64,000 nucleotides of DNA. Source: the human T2T-CHM13v2.0 reference genome, Homo sapiens. A program made the translations under genes and the position numbers. The stretch lies in the NCBI RefSeq assembly GCF_009914755.1, contig NC_060947.1; one strand, given 5' to 3'. Position 1 is the stretch's first letter, and each line of letters begins with the position of its first letter. The notes below the pieces were generated by a model. It saw nothing but the letters and a program-made list of their open reading frames with translations. It was not told the DNA's origin and ran no database searches. Shown piece by piece: positions 25,335 through 44,643 of the stretch.

Positions 25335-27748
25335 TGTATTAGTTCATTCTTACATTGCTATAAAGACATACCTGAGACTGGGTAATTTATAAAGAAAAGA
25401 GGTTTAATTGGCTCACAGTTGTGCAGGCTGTACAGGAGGCATAGTTGCTTGTGCTTCTGGGGAGGCCTAAGGAAGATTCCAATCATGGTGGAAGGCAAAA
25501 TGGGAGTGAAGCATCTCACATGGCAGGAGCAGGAGCAAGAGAAAGTGCGGGGGGGAGGTGGCACACACTTTCAATCAACCAGATCTTGTGAGAACTTACT
25601 ATTACAAGAACAGCACCAAGAGGATGGTGCTAAACCATTTATGTGAAATTCAGCCTCATAATCCAATAACCTACCACTAAGTGCCACCTCTAACATTGGT
25701 TATTACAGTTTGACATGATATTTGGGCAGGGACAAAGATCCAAATCACATCATTCCTCCCCTGCCCTTCCCAAATCTCATGATCTTCTCACATTGCAAAA
25801 TACAATCATGTCTTTCTAATAATACCCAAAGTCTGAACTTATTCCAGCATTAACTCAAAAATCCAAATTCTAATCTGATACAAGGCAACTCTCTCGCACC
25901 TATGAACCTGTAAAATCATAAACAAGTTAGTTACTCCCAAGATACAATGGGGGAATAGTTATTGAATAAATACTTTCATTCTAAAAGGGAAAAGTAGGCC
26001 AAAAGAAAGGGGCTGCAAGCCCCATATAAGTCTAAAACCCAGCAGGGAAGTAGTTAAGTCTTAAAGGTCAAAAATAATCTCCTTTAATTTCATGTCCCAA
26101 ATTCAGGGCCCACTGATGCAAGGGGTGGGCTGCCAAGGCCTTGGGCAGCTCCACACCTGTGGCTTTTCAGGAATCACACACACAGTTGATCTCAAGGTCT
26201 GATATTGTGTGCCTGCAGCTCTTCCAGGTGAGAGTGCAAGTTGTTAATGGATCTGTAATTCTGGGGTTTGGAAGACAGTGCCCTCCTCACAGCTCCACTA
26301 TACAGTACCCCAGTGGGGACTATGTGTTGGCCTCCAACCCCACATTTCTCATCTGCAGTACCCTAGTAGAAGTTATCCTTGAGGACTCTGCCCCTGCAGC
26401 AGGCTTCTTCTGCGTGAGCACTCAGCCTTTTTCACACATCTGAAATCTAGGCAGAGGTGCCCAAGCTTCAACTCTTGTGCTCTGTGCACCTATAGGCTTA
26501 ACACCATGTTGAGGCACCAAGACATACGGATTGCACTCTCTGAAGCAGTGGTCCAAGCTGTACCTGGGCCCCTTGGAGCCATACCTAAAGCTGGAGCAGC
26601 TGGGAAGCAGGGAGCAGTGTCTTGAGGCTGCACAGTGCATAGGGGCTCTGGTCTTGACCCAGGAAACCATTCAGTCATCATAGACCTCTGTGCCTGTGAT
26701 GGGACAGGATGCCATGGAAATGTCTTCTGGGCTTTTTCCCCACTGTCTTGGCTATCTGCACTTGCCTCCTTTTCAGCTATTCAAATTTCTGTGGCCTTCT
26801 TGAATCCCACCCCAGAAAATTGTTTTTTCTTATCTACCACAAAGCCAGGCTGCAAATTGTTCAAACTTTATGCTCTGCCTCCCTTTTAAATATAAATTCC
26901 AGCTTTAGGTCATTTATTTGCTCACACATATGAGAACATAGGTTGGTAGAAGCAGCCAGATCACATATTAAATGCTTTGGTGCTTAGAAATTTCTTCTGA
27001 CAGATAACCTAAATCATCTTTCTCAAGTTTAAAGTTTCACAGATCCCTAGGTAAGGGGCACACTGCAGCCAAGTTCTTTGCTAAGGCAAAATAAAACTGA
27101 CCTTTGCTCCGGTTCCAAGTAAGTTCCTCATTTCCATCTGAAACCTCATCAGCCTGGGCTTCACTGTCTATATCTCTATCAGCATTTTGATCACAGCCAT
27201 TCAACCAGTCTCTAGGAAGTTGCAAACTTGCCCTCATTTTCCTGTCTTCTTCTGAGCCCTCCAAACTCTTCCATCCTCTATCCATTACCCAGTTCCATAA
27301 TTGCTTCCACATTTTCAGGTATATTTATAGCAATGCCCACCCATTGGTGCTATTTTCTTGTATTTGTTCATTCTTACATCACTATAAAGAAATACCTGGG
27401 ACTGGGTAATTTATAAAGAAAAGAAGCTTAATTGGCTCATGGTTCTTCAGGAAGCATAGAAACTTCTGCTTCTCGGGAGACCTCAGGAAGCTTACAATCA
27501 TGGCATAAGGAAAAGGAGAAAGTCTTCTCAAATGGTGGGAGCAGGAGCAAATGAGAGAAGGGGTAAGGTACCAAACACTTTCAAACAACCAGATCTCCTG
27601 AGAACTCACTATCACAAGAAAAGCACCAAAGGAATGATGTTAAACCATTCATAAAAATCCACTTCCATGATCCAATCATCTCCTACCAGGCCCCACCTTC
27701 AACATTGGGGATCAAAATTTAACAGGGACAAAGATTCAGACCATATTA
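25335..27748 (-). mobile_element. Complete MSTA MaLR: 3' LTR 25335-25752, internal 25753-27358, 5' LTR 27359-27748
   Basis: Two similar LTRs (TGTATT.GTTCATTCTTACAT...CTATAAAGA) flanking ~1.6 kb MaLR internal sequence. Confidence 0.93.
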
Positions 27749-30245
27749 GGGGGAAATATATAATCTATAGCTTGAAATAAAAAGAAGGGACTTTGTTTCA
27801 TAATTTAATGTGAAAATATTTTCCCTCCCAAGTTAAGAAGGTATATGTTTATGTTATAAAGTTTACATTGACTCCGAAGTAATTAAGATATGGTAGGATC
27901 TGGGTTGGGAATTTCATCAATTCTATCAAAAACAGAAAAAAAAGAGTGAATTGATTTCACTTGATTTCACAAACTCCATTCTCTATCTCAGTGAAACCCT
28001 GTACAATTACAAACATGATATGTGAAAATTACAAGTGGTGACAATTGCAATGAAAGAATAGAAGAGTTTAGGTTAACATGAGAGGTAGAGTCTGGAGGTT
28101 CTGAAATTTGAATAAAGACACTTAGACTTTCCAATTTTTTGTGTGGCAGGTAAAAAACTTTGAATCCAGTTCTCCCATTTACATCATAAGAAAAAAGGTG
28201 AACAGACTAAAAATCAACTCTTCTTGGACTTATCATAGAAATAAAGTTATAGAAACAACTACTAACGACCAAATTTAAGAATCAGGCAGGCAAATAGTCA
28301 CAACTTACCTAAACAGTAAACAAGAATAGAAAACCCCATGGGAACCAGTACCAGAGGAAAATAAACCTAAACTGTAATTGACAAATTGCTGAAGTCTCGA
28401 AGTGAACAAATTTGAGAGTTAAACACTCCAGGTAAGCATGTCTTAGGGAGGACCTTGTACTTCAGTAAGTTTGAGCTTCATAAGTCCTACCAGGTTCTCA
28501 CAGTGAAGATGGATGAAAAATCCCTCTTACTTCTGGCAAGGAGTAGGGGGGAATATAGCCACCTTTAATAATCACCAGAGTATTCTGTATTCTTTTCTTC
28601 TTAACAAGGCTTGTACCCAAGGGAAACTATTTTAGAAGAGCCCATCTTAGTATGATTTTAACAGAGCCTAACCAATCTAGAGGAGTGAAAATGCCCAATT
28701 TTAGATCACTCGAGCTTTGCAATTTTACCCTAAGGGATAAACAAAACAAAATGAAACTGACAGGCCCTTGTGAAGGCCATAGCCTTGGAACAGAGGCTAA
28801 CTGAAGCATTGACTAATCTCAATTATTTTGGATGCTAAACAGTTTCAGATATATGATTTACAAATAATCTCTCCAAATCTATTGCCTGCCATTTCTTTTT
28901 ATTCCTTTGCTGTGCAGAAGCTTTTTACTTTCATGTAGTCCCACTTGTTTATTTTTGCTTTTGTTGCCTGTACTTTTAGTGTGATACCCAGGAGTATTTC
29001 TTCAATGTCTTTCTCTAGCAGAATTATGGTCTCAGGTTTTATGTATAGTTCTTTATTCTACTTTTAGTTGATTTTTGCATATGGTGTAAGAGTTATTCTT
29101 TTACATGTGAATATCCAATTTCCACAGGCCATTTATTAAAGAGAATATCCTTTCCTCATTTTGTCTTCTTGGTACTCTTGTCAAAAATTAATTGCGTATA
29201 TATGCTTGGATATACTCCTGAGTTCTGTATTGTGTTTCACTGGCCTATGTGTCTGTTTTTATGTCAGTACCATATTACTTTGATTACTATAGCTTTGTTA
29301 TACAATTTGACATCAGAAAGTGTAGTGCCTCCATGTTTGTTTGTTTTTTCCTCAAGATGGCTTTGGTTATTCAGAGTCTTTTATGATTGAATTTTAGAAT
29401 TTTTAAATTTATTCCTGTGATGAATGCCAGAAAATGAAATTCAGCACCTCACACAGATATTTACATTCCCATTTTTATTACAGCATTATTCACAGTAGCC
29501 AAGATACAGAAACAACCTAAGTGTCCATCAATGGATGGATGGATAAAGCCATTGTGGTATACAGTAATACCGTGTTATATTGTGCTGTTTTATTGCACTT
29601 CACAGTTATTTTGTTTTTCACAAATTGAAGTTTTTTGGCAACACTGCATCAAACAAGATTATTGGCATTATTTCTCCAACAGCATGTTGTCACTTAATGT
29701 GTCTGTGTCACATTTTGAAAATTCTCACAATATTTCAAAATTTTTATTTTTATGTCTTTAACGGTGATCTCTGATTGATGAACTTTGATTTTACTTTTGT
29801 AATTATTTGGGGTTCCACAAACCACACCCATATAAGACTGCAAATTAGATTGATAAATATTGTGTGTGTCCTGACTGCTCCACTCACTGGCCATTTTTCC
29901 ATCTCTCTCTCTCTGCAGACAGGCCTCCCTGTCCCCTAAAACACAACAATGTTGAAATTATGCCAGTCAATAACCCTGCAATGACCCCTAAGTGTTAAAG
30001 TGAAAGGAAGAGTTGTACATCTCTCATTTTCAATCAAAAGCTTAAAATAATTAAGCTTAGTAAGGAAAGGATGTCAAAAGCCACAATAGGCTGAAAGTTA
30101 GGCCTCTTATGTCAGACATCCCAGTTGTGAATGCAAAAGAAAAGTTATCGAAAGAAATAAAGTGTGTTATTCCAGTGGACATATTAATGGCAGGAAAGCA
30201 AAACAGGATTATTGCTGATATTGAGAAAGTTTTAATGGTCTCGAT

Positions 30246-30582
30246 CAGTGGTCCCCAACCTTTTTGGCATCAGGGACTGGTTTTGTGGAAGACAATTTTT
30301 CCATGGATGGGGGTGAGGCAATGGTTTCAGGATGAAACTGTTCCACATCAGATCATCAGGCATTAGATTCTCATAAGGAGCACACAACCTAGATCCCTCA
30401 CATGTACACTTCACGATTGGGTTCACACTCCTGTGAGAATCTAATGCCAATGCTGATCTGACATGAGGCAGAGCTCAGGCAGTAATGCTTGCTGGCCCAC
30501 AGCACACTTCTTGCTGTGCAGCCCGATTCCTAACAGGTCGCAGACCAGTACCGTTCTGTGGCCAGGGAGTTGGGGACCCCTT
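30246..30582 (+). mobile_element. MER1B (hAT-Charlie) inserted in Tigger1
   Basis: TIRs CAGTGGTCCCCAAC / GTTGGGGACCCCTT; degenerate 8-bp TSD GTCTCGAT / ATCTAGAT. Confidence 0.92.
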
Positions 30583-31440
30583 ATCTAGATAAAATATCAT
30601 AGTAGCCACAACAATTTCCTTAACTCAAAGCCTAATTCAAAGGAAGGCCGTAACTCTCTTCAATTCTGTGAAGGCAGAGAGACATGAGAAAGCTGTAGCC
30701 GAAGAGTTTGAAGCCAGCATAGGTTGGCACATGAGGTTTAAGTAAAGAATCCCCCTTCATAACATAAAAGGGCAAGGCAAAGCAGCAAATGCTGATGTAG
30801 AAGCCGTAGCAAGTTATCCAGAAGACCTAGGTAAGATCATTGATGCATGTGGCTACACTAAACAATATATTTTCAGTGTAGACAAAATACCTTTCCACTG
30901 GAAGAAGATACCACCTAGGATTGTTATAGCTAAAGAGGAGAAGACAGTGCCTGGCTTCAAAGCTTCAACAACCAGGCTGATTCTGTGTTTAGAGGCCAAT
31001 GCACCTGGTGATTTTCAGTTGAAGCCAATGCTCATTTATCATTCTGAAAATCCTAAAGACCATAAGAATTATGCTAAATCTACTCTGCCTGTGCTCTATA
31101 AGTGGAACAGGAAAGCCTGAATGACAGCACATTTGTTTAAAGCATGGTTTAATGAACATTTTAAGCCCACTGTTGAAACCTATTGCTCAGAAAAAAACAT
31201 TCCTTTGAAAATATGATTGCTTACTGGCAATGCACCTGACCACTCAATAGCTCTGATGGTGATATACAATGAGACTAATGTTGTTTCAAGCCTGTTAGCA
31301 CAACATCTATTCTACAACCTATGGATCAAAGAATTATTCCAACTTTCAAGTCTTATTATTTAATAAATATATTTTATAACTCTATAGCTACCATGAATAG
31401 TGATTCCTATGATGGATTTGGGCAAAGTAAATGGAAAACC

Positions 31441-33422
31441 ATCAGAGAAATGCAAATCAAAACTACAATGAGATATCATTTCACCTCAGTTAAAATGGCT
31501 TTTGTCCAAAAGACAGGCAGTAACAAATGCTGGCTAGGATGTGAAGAAAAGGGAATCCTCATACACTGTTGGTGGGAATGTAAATTAGTACAACCACATT
31601 AACGACAATTTGGAGGTTCTAAAAAAAACTAAAAATAGACCTACCATATGATCCAGCAGTCCCACTGCTATGTATACACACAAAGGAAAAGAAATCAGTA
31701 TATCGAAGAGATATCTGCACTCCCATATTTATTTCAGCACTATTCACAATAGCCAAGATTTGGAAGAACCTTAGTGTCCCTTAACAGATGAACAGATAAA
31801 AAAAAATATGGTACATACACACAATGAAGTACTATCCAGCCATAAAAAATAATGAGATCCAGTCATCTGCAATAACATGTATGGAACTGGAAATTATTAT
31901 GTTAAGCGAAATTAACCAGGCATAGAAAGGCAAACTTTCCATGTTCTCACTCATTTGTGGGAGCCAAAAATTAAAACAATTGAACTGATGGAGACCATGA
32001 GTAGAATGATGTTAACGAAAGACTGGGAAGGGTAATAAAGGGGTAGTGAAAGTGTGGATTGTTAATAAGTACAAAAACAAATAGAAAGAGTAAATAAAAT
32101 CTAGTGTTTGATAGCAGAACAGTCTGACTATAAGCAATAATAATTTGATTGTACATTTACAAATAATTAAGAGTGTAATTGGATTGTTTTAAACACAAAG
32201 GATAAATGCTTGAGGTGATGGAGACCCCATTTACCCTAATGTGATTATTATGAATTGTATTCCTGTATCTATTGGGGGAAATTCACCCCTGATATTTCAC
32301 GTAGGTTCTTTTCTATTTTCCCTAAGTGTCAGCAGGTCTGAGAAATAAAAGGAAAGAATACAAAAGAGAGAAATTTTAAAGCTGGGTGTCCGGGGGAGAC
32401 ATCACATGTCGGCAGGTTCCGTGGTGCCCCCCAAGCCGCAAAACCAGCAAGTTTTTATTAGTGATTTTCAAAAGGGGAGGGAGTGTACGAATAGGGTGTG
32501 GGTCACAGAGATCACATGCTTCACAAGGTAATAAAATATCACAAGGCAAATGGAGTCAGGGCGAGATCACAGGACCACAGGACTGGGGCAAAATTAAAAT
32601 TGCTAGTGAAGTTTTGGGCACACATTGTCATTGATAACATCTTATCAGGAGACAGGGTTTGAGAGCAGACAACCGGTCTGACCAAAATTTATTAGGCAGG
32701 AATTTCCTTGTCCTAATAAGCCTGAGAGCGCTACGGGAGACCGGGGCTTATTTCATCCCACCGCTGCAACCATAAAAGACAGCCGTTCCCAAAGCGGCCA
32801 TTTCAGAGGCCTCCCCTTAGGGATGCATTCTCTTTCTCAGGGATGTTCCTTGCTGAGAAAAAGAATTCAGCAATATTTCTCCTATTTGCTTTTGAAAGAA
32901 GAGAAATATGGCTCTGTTCTGCCCGGCCCACAGGCAGCCAGAGTTTAAGGTTATCTCCCTTGTTCCTTGAACATTGCTGTTATCCTGTTCTTTTTTCAAG
33001 TTGCCCAGATTTCATATTATTTAAACAATTTGTGCAGTTAACGCAATTAGCACAGGGTCCTGAGGCGACATTCATCCTCAGCTTACGAAGATGACGGGAT
33101 TAAGAGATTAAAGTAAAGACAGGCATAGGAAATCACAAGGGTAGTGATTGGGGAAGTGATAACTGTCCATGAAATCTTCACAATTTATGTTCAGAGATTG
33201 CAGTAAAGACAGGCATAAGAAATTATAAAAGTATTAATTTGGGGAACTAATAAATGTCCATGAAATCGTCACAATTTATGTTTTTCTGCCATGGCTTCAG
33301 CCAGTCCCTCCGTTTGGGGTCCCTGATTTCCTGCAACATGTATCAAAATATCTCATGTACTCATTAATATATACACCTACTACATACCCATAAAAATTAA
33401 AAATAAAAAAATTAGACCAAAA
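31441..33422 (+). mobile_element. 5'-truncated L1MA2-like element inserted in Tigger1
   Basis: [16 protein letters not shown]2 C-terminus, L1MA2-type 3'UTR and A tail; probable TSD GAAAACC / GAAAACT. Confidence 0.85.
32270..33338 (-). mobile_element. MER11 solo LTR (HERVK11/HML-8; length fits MER11C)
   Basis: Reverse complement begins TGTTGCAGGAAATCAGGGACCCCAAACGGAGGGAC; ~90-bp internal repeat; exact 6-bp TSD TGTATC at 32264-32269 and 33339-33344. Confidence 0.95.
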
Positions 33423-35834
33423 GAAAACTTTTGGGAAGCATTCACTACTCTGGATGCCATTAGGAACATTCAGAATTCATGGGAGAAGGTCAAAATATTA
33501 ATGTTAAGAGTAGTTTGAAAAAAAAGTTGATTCCAACTCTCATGGATGACTTTGAGGGGTTCAAGATGTCAGTGGAGAAGGTAACTCTAGATAGTGTGGA
33601 AATAAAATAAGAGCTAGAATTAGAAGTGTAGCCTGAAAATATGATTGCATTGCTGCAATATCATGATATCAATATCATGCTTAGGTATCTGATCATCTGT
33701 TCAAGTTTTATCATGATATTGCTGCAAATAAAGTGGTGACTTGAGATGTCATCTACTCCTGGTGAAGGTACTGTGAACACTGTTTAAATGGCATCATAGG
33801 ATTTAGTATTTTCTTTGAATTTAATGGGTAAAGCATTGACAGGTTTTGAGAGGATTAACTCCAATTTTGATAGAAGTTCTACTATGGGTAAAATGTTATA
33901 AAACAGCATCTCATGCTACAGAGAAACTGCAGTGAAAGGAAAAGTCAATCAATGTGGCAAACTTATTGTTTTCTTATTTTGCCACAGACATCCTAGCCTT
34001 CAGCAACCACCATCCTGATCAGTAAGCAACCAGCAACATCAAAGCAATACTCTCCACCAGTAAAAATATTTTGATTCATTAAAAGCTCAAGTGATTATTA
34101 AAATTATTTAGCAGCAAAATAATTTTTATGTAAGGTATATACCTTGTATGTTTAAACATAATGGTATTGTGCACTTAATAGACTACAGTATATGTAAACA
34201 TAACTTTTATATGCACTGGGAAAACAAAATGTTTTTGTTCTTTATCATAATATTTACTTCATTGTGGTGGTCTGGAATAAAGCCTGAAATATCTCCAAGG
34301 TATTCCTATTTATATAATGGAATATTATTCAACCTTAATAAAGGAGTTTCTGCCTTTTGCAACAACATAGATAAAGCCAAAGGACATTATTCTAAGTGAA
34401 ATAGAAAAACCTGGAAGGACAAATACTGCAAATACTGCACAATCTCATTTATATGTGAAATCTAATAAAAGAAAATACACAGAAAACGATAGTGAAACAG
34501 TGGTTACTGGGGGAAGGGAGGAGGAGGAAACAGGGAAATGTAAGTCAAAGACCATGAAGTTTTATTTATGGAGACAGATAATCTAGAGATTTAATGTGCA
34601 GCATGAGAACTATAGTTAAAAATATGGTATTGTATGGTGGAGGTTTGCTAAGATACTAAAATTTCAGTGCTTGAACCACCAAAAAGATGACAAAATATGT
34701 GAGATAATGGGTATATTAATTTGCTTGACTGTAGTAACCATTTCACTACATATAGGTGTATGAAAACATCATGTGTGTACCTTAAATTTATATGCTAAAA
34801 TAAATGTCACCTAATAAACTGAGCATTAGATAATAGCAAAAAAGTCTGACTAATTGTATGACTATAAAAAATTTTACTTCTTCCAACACTTTAGCACTAC
34901 ACACATAGGCTCCTGATTAATAGTTGTGGAATACAATAGGAAAAAAAAACTGTGCCTTGCTGACAATATTTAAGAAGACTCTAGAGAAACCAACAGATAA
35001 TAAGAAAGGCAAAACAAGGAGATCAGAGGAAATTTTAGCCTCTGAGACCTACAGCTAGAGTAAACAGTAAACATTAACTTAATAAACATAAAATGTTGCA
35101 CTGGAGACCTATTTATTTTCCTTAGTACATCGTGTCCAGCTTGTAACAACAATTACAGGGCAAGTTAAGCGATTTAAAAAAGCACACACAGTTAAAAGAG
35201 ACAAAGCAAACATCAGAACCAGACTCAGATATGGCAGATATTTTGGAAATGTCAGACTGAAAAATTAAGAAAAGAAAATATCAGATGAAATATCAGACCT
35301 ATAATTAATATGCTAAGGGTGCTAGTGTAAAAGTGGACAACAGGCATAGAGGATGAGTAACATAAACGAAGAGATGCAAACTCGAAGAAAGGACCCAAAG
35401 GAAATGCTAGGAATAATAAACACCATAACAGAAATGAAGAATGTTTTAGGTACACTCGTCAATGGACCGGATGCAGTGGAGAAAACCATAAGTGAGCTTT
35501 AAAAACTATCAATAGAAACTCCCAAAACTGAAATGTGAGGAGAAAAATAAATGGAAAAGAGTATTCAAGGACTGCCAGATGGTTATACAAAGTATAACAT
35601 ATACGTACAGAGAATATCAGAAGAAAGAGAGAAACAAAATATTTGAAGCAACAATAACTGAAAATGTGCCAAAATTAATAATGGACTCTAAACTAGAGGT
35701 CCAAGAAATTTCAGAGAGCATCAAGCAAGATAAGTACACAAAACAAAACAATGATGCCTAAGCAGGTTAAATAAAAACTGCAGAAAATCAAAGATGAGGA
35801 AAAAATTTGAAAGAAAACAGAGGGAAAACAAACT

Positions 35835-36302
35835 AGTCATGTAGCTTAAAGAACTAGAAAAACAAGGACAAGCTAAACCTAGAATTGATAGAAGAAAGTA
35901 AATAATAAATCTCTGAGCAGAAAAAAAATAGAAACTGGAAACAATTAAAGAATCAATAAAATGTAAAGTTGACTTTTTTGAAAAATAAACAAAATTGAAA
36001 AACTACTCACTAGACTAAAACAAAAAAGAGAAAAGACCCAAATAAATACAATCAGAGATGAAAAAAGAGACACTACCACTGATACCACACAAATACAGAG
36101 GATCAAAGGAGACTATTATGAATAACTATGCCAACAAATTTGAGAATATAGAAGAAATGGATAAATTCCTGGATACATACAAATTACTGTGATTAAATTG
36201 TGAAGTAATAGAAAACCTGCACAGACTAATAATGAGTGAGGAAATTGAGCTAATAATCAAAAGTCTTCCATCAAAAAAAAAAAAAACAAACAAGTCCCGA
36301 TG
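35835..36302 (+). mobile_element. Internal L1 ORF2 fragment from a separate element, no 3' end
   Basis: LKELEKQ...EEMDKFLDTY linker-region sequence; the L1MC host has its own copy of this region at 43500-43900. Confidence 0.7.
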
Positions 36303-36376
36303 ACTTTTTGAATGTTTTTGATCCACAGTTCGTTGAATACATGGACGTGAAACTTATTGAGGTGGAGGACTGACTG
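36303..36376 (+). mobile_element. MER2 (Tigger-family MITE) terminal fragment
   Basis: TTTTTGATCCACAGTTCGTTGAATACATGGA...GGAGGACTGACTG|TA matches the MER2 end. Confidence 0.75.
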
Positions 36377-36438
36377 TACTCAATTACAACCAAAAACAAG
36401 CAAAAAACAAACAAAACCACAGAAACAAAGTGGAAGAC

Positions 36439-42452
<6,014 letters not shown>

Positions 42453-44643
42453 AAAGCAAAAGACAAAAAACAACAAATCACAAGAAAACAAATAGAAAAT
42501 TGGAAGAAATATGATAGATATTAATACAAATATGTCAACAATCACTTCAAATGTCAATGATGTATGTGTATATATATATATATATATACACACATTATTG
42601 ACAATTATATCATTAAAATGTATATCATATATATTGATAAATATACCAATTAACAACCAGAAACTGTCATTATGGATCAACCAAAGACATCTCAATTATA
42701 TGTTATCTACAAGAAACTCACTTTAAATATAAAGACACAAGGGAAACAGTAATTGATTTAGAAAGAAGTATCCTGCTGAGACTAATCAAAAGAAATCTGG
42801 AGTAGCTATATTAATTTTAGACAATGCCAACTTTAGAACAAGAAAAATTATTAGGGATAAAGGGGACATTACAAAAATAATGACAGGGTAAATTCTTCAA
42901 AAAGACATAACAACCATTAATGTCTGTGTACCTAACAACAGAGAATCAAAATTTATAATGCAAAAACTGGTAGAAGTTAAATAAATACATTCCCTATTAT
43001 AGCTGCAGATTTCATACTCCTCAATCAGTACTTGGCAGATCCAGCAAGCAGAAAATCAGTAAGGATAGGGTTGAACTGAACAGTAGCATCAAATAACTGG
43101 TTATACTAGAAAACTATAGGACACTATATCCTGAATCAGCAGAATAAATATTCTACCCAAGCTCATGTGGAACAGTCACCAAGACAAGACAAATTCAGAA
43201 CATAAAACATACTTTAACGCATTTGAAAGTGTAGGAATCATTAAAAAATGGTGTTAGACCACAATGGAATTAAGCAAGAAATCAAAAGCCAAAAGATAAC
43301 TAGAAAACCAGAAAATACTGGCAGATTAAACACACACTTCTAAATAACACAAAGGTCAAGAAGAAATCTCAAGATAAATTTCATAAATAGTTTAAACTAA
43401 ATGAATATGAAAATAAAACCTATCAAAATTTGTGGGATGAAGCAAAAGCAGTGCCTAGATGGAAATATATAGCACTGAAACAATGTTTTATAAAAGGGAA
43501 AAGTCTAAACTCAATAATTTAAGATTCTACTATAGAAACTTAGAAAGAACAAATTATACCCAAAGTAAACAAAATAAAATAATTATTAAAAATAAAATAA
43601 TCAATAAGATTCGAAATAGGAAATCAATAGAGAAAAACAAGAGAAGTAAAATCTGTTTTTTTGAAAAGTTCAATAGAATTAACAAGACTCCAGCTAGCCT
43701 AAGAAGAAAGGAGAAGACACAAATTAATAATATCAGAAATGAAACAGGAGCTATCACTACTGATCCTATGAACATTATTAGAAGGATAATGAAGGAATAC
43801 TATGAAAAACTCTATGGCCACAAATTTCATAGCCTAGGTGAAATAGATAAATTTCTTAATAGACACACTCCACCAAAACTCACAGGAGAAAAGCAATATG
43901 AGCAGCCCCAAATTTATTAAATATATTGAAGCAAAAATTGATAAAACGCAAAAACAGAAAGCAGCAAATGCAAACGTGTTAAATTCTACCAAATATTTAA
44001 GGTAAAAATTATACTGATTCTTTACCATCTTTTTCAGAAAATAGAAGCAGAGAGACTACTTCCTAATTCTATGAGGCCATGATTATCCTAATACCAAAGT
44101 CAAATATTACCCTAATACCAAAGCCAGCTGAAGACATTAAAAAAGGAAAACCAAATACCAATATATCTCATAATTATAAATGCAAAAATCCTTAACAAAA
44201 TATTGGCAAATAAAATATAACAATATATAAAAAAATTACATGCCACAGTCAATGTGATTTACTCCAGGTATGAATGGCTAGTTCAACCTTCAAAATTCAA
44301 CTAATGTAATCCATCATATCAGTTACCCTAAAAAGGAAAATTATACAATAATATCAATAGATGCAGAAAAAGCATTTGACAGAATCCAACACCATTTATG
44401 ATAAAAAAAATTTGGCAAACTAGAAATATAGGAAAATTTATTCAACATGATGAAGAATATCTACAGAAAATAAAACTAGCACCAACATCATAATTAATAG
44501 TAAAAAATTAGATGCTTTCCTGCCATATCAGGAACAAATCAAAGATGTTCACTCTCTCCTCTCCATTCAACACGCACTGGAAGTCTTAGCTCATGCAATA
44601 AGTGAAGAAAAGGACTTAAAAATGTATAAAGATTGAGAAGGAA

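Larger units (their letters stand above)
29562..34308 (+). mobile_element. Full-length Tigger1 (TcMar) DNA transposon with decayed transposase, split by MER1B and L1MA2/MER11
   Basis: Starts TA|CAGTAATACCGTGTTATATTGTGC, ends AATATCTCCAAGGTATTCCTA; transposase relic [16 protein letters not shown] at ~31315. Confidence 0.92.
28835..34805 (+). mobile_element. L1MA8-like 3' fragment with 5' inversion (antisense ~28835-29429; sense 29430-29561 and 34309-34805), split by Tigger1
   Basis: Antisense ORF2 sequence switches to sense at ~29430; TGTGGTATA resumes as TATATAATGGAATATTATTC after Tigger1; L1MA8-type 3'UTR. Confidence 0.75.

Noticed and set aside
25325-27755. TSD of the MSTA element
   Set aside because: Flanks GGATT and GGGGG do not match convincingly, so no TSD is claimed.
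31321-31602. In-frame Tigger1 transposase / L1 ORF2 fusion ORF
   Set aside because: Coincidental frame match at an insertion junction; both parts are short and decayed.
33113-33282. ~90-bp direct repeats resembling a repeat array
   Set aside because: Normal internal repeat of MER11 LTRs; two units only, no spacers, eukaryotic context, so not CRISPR.
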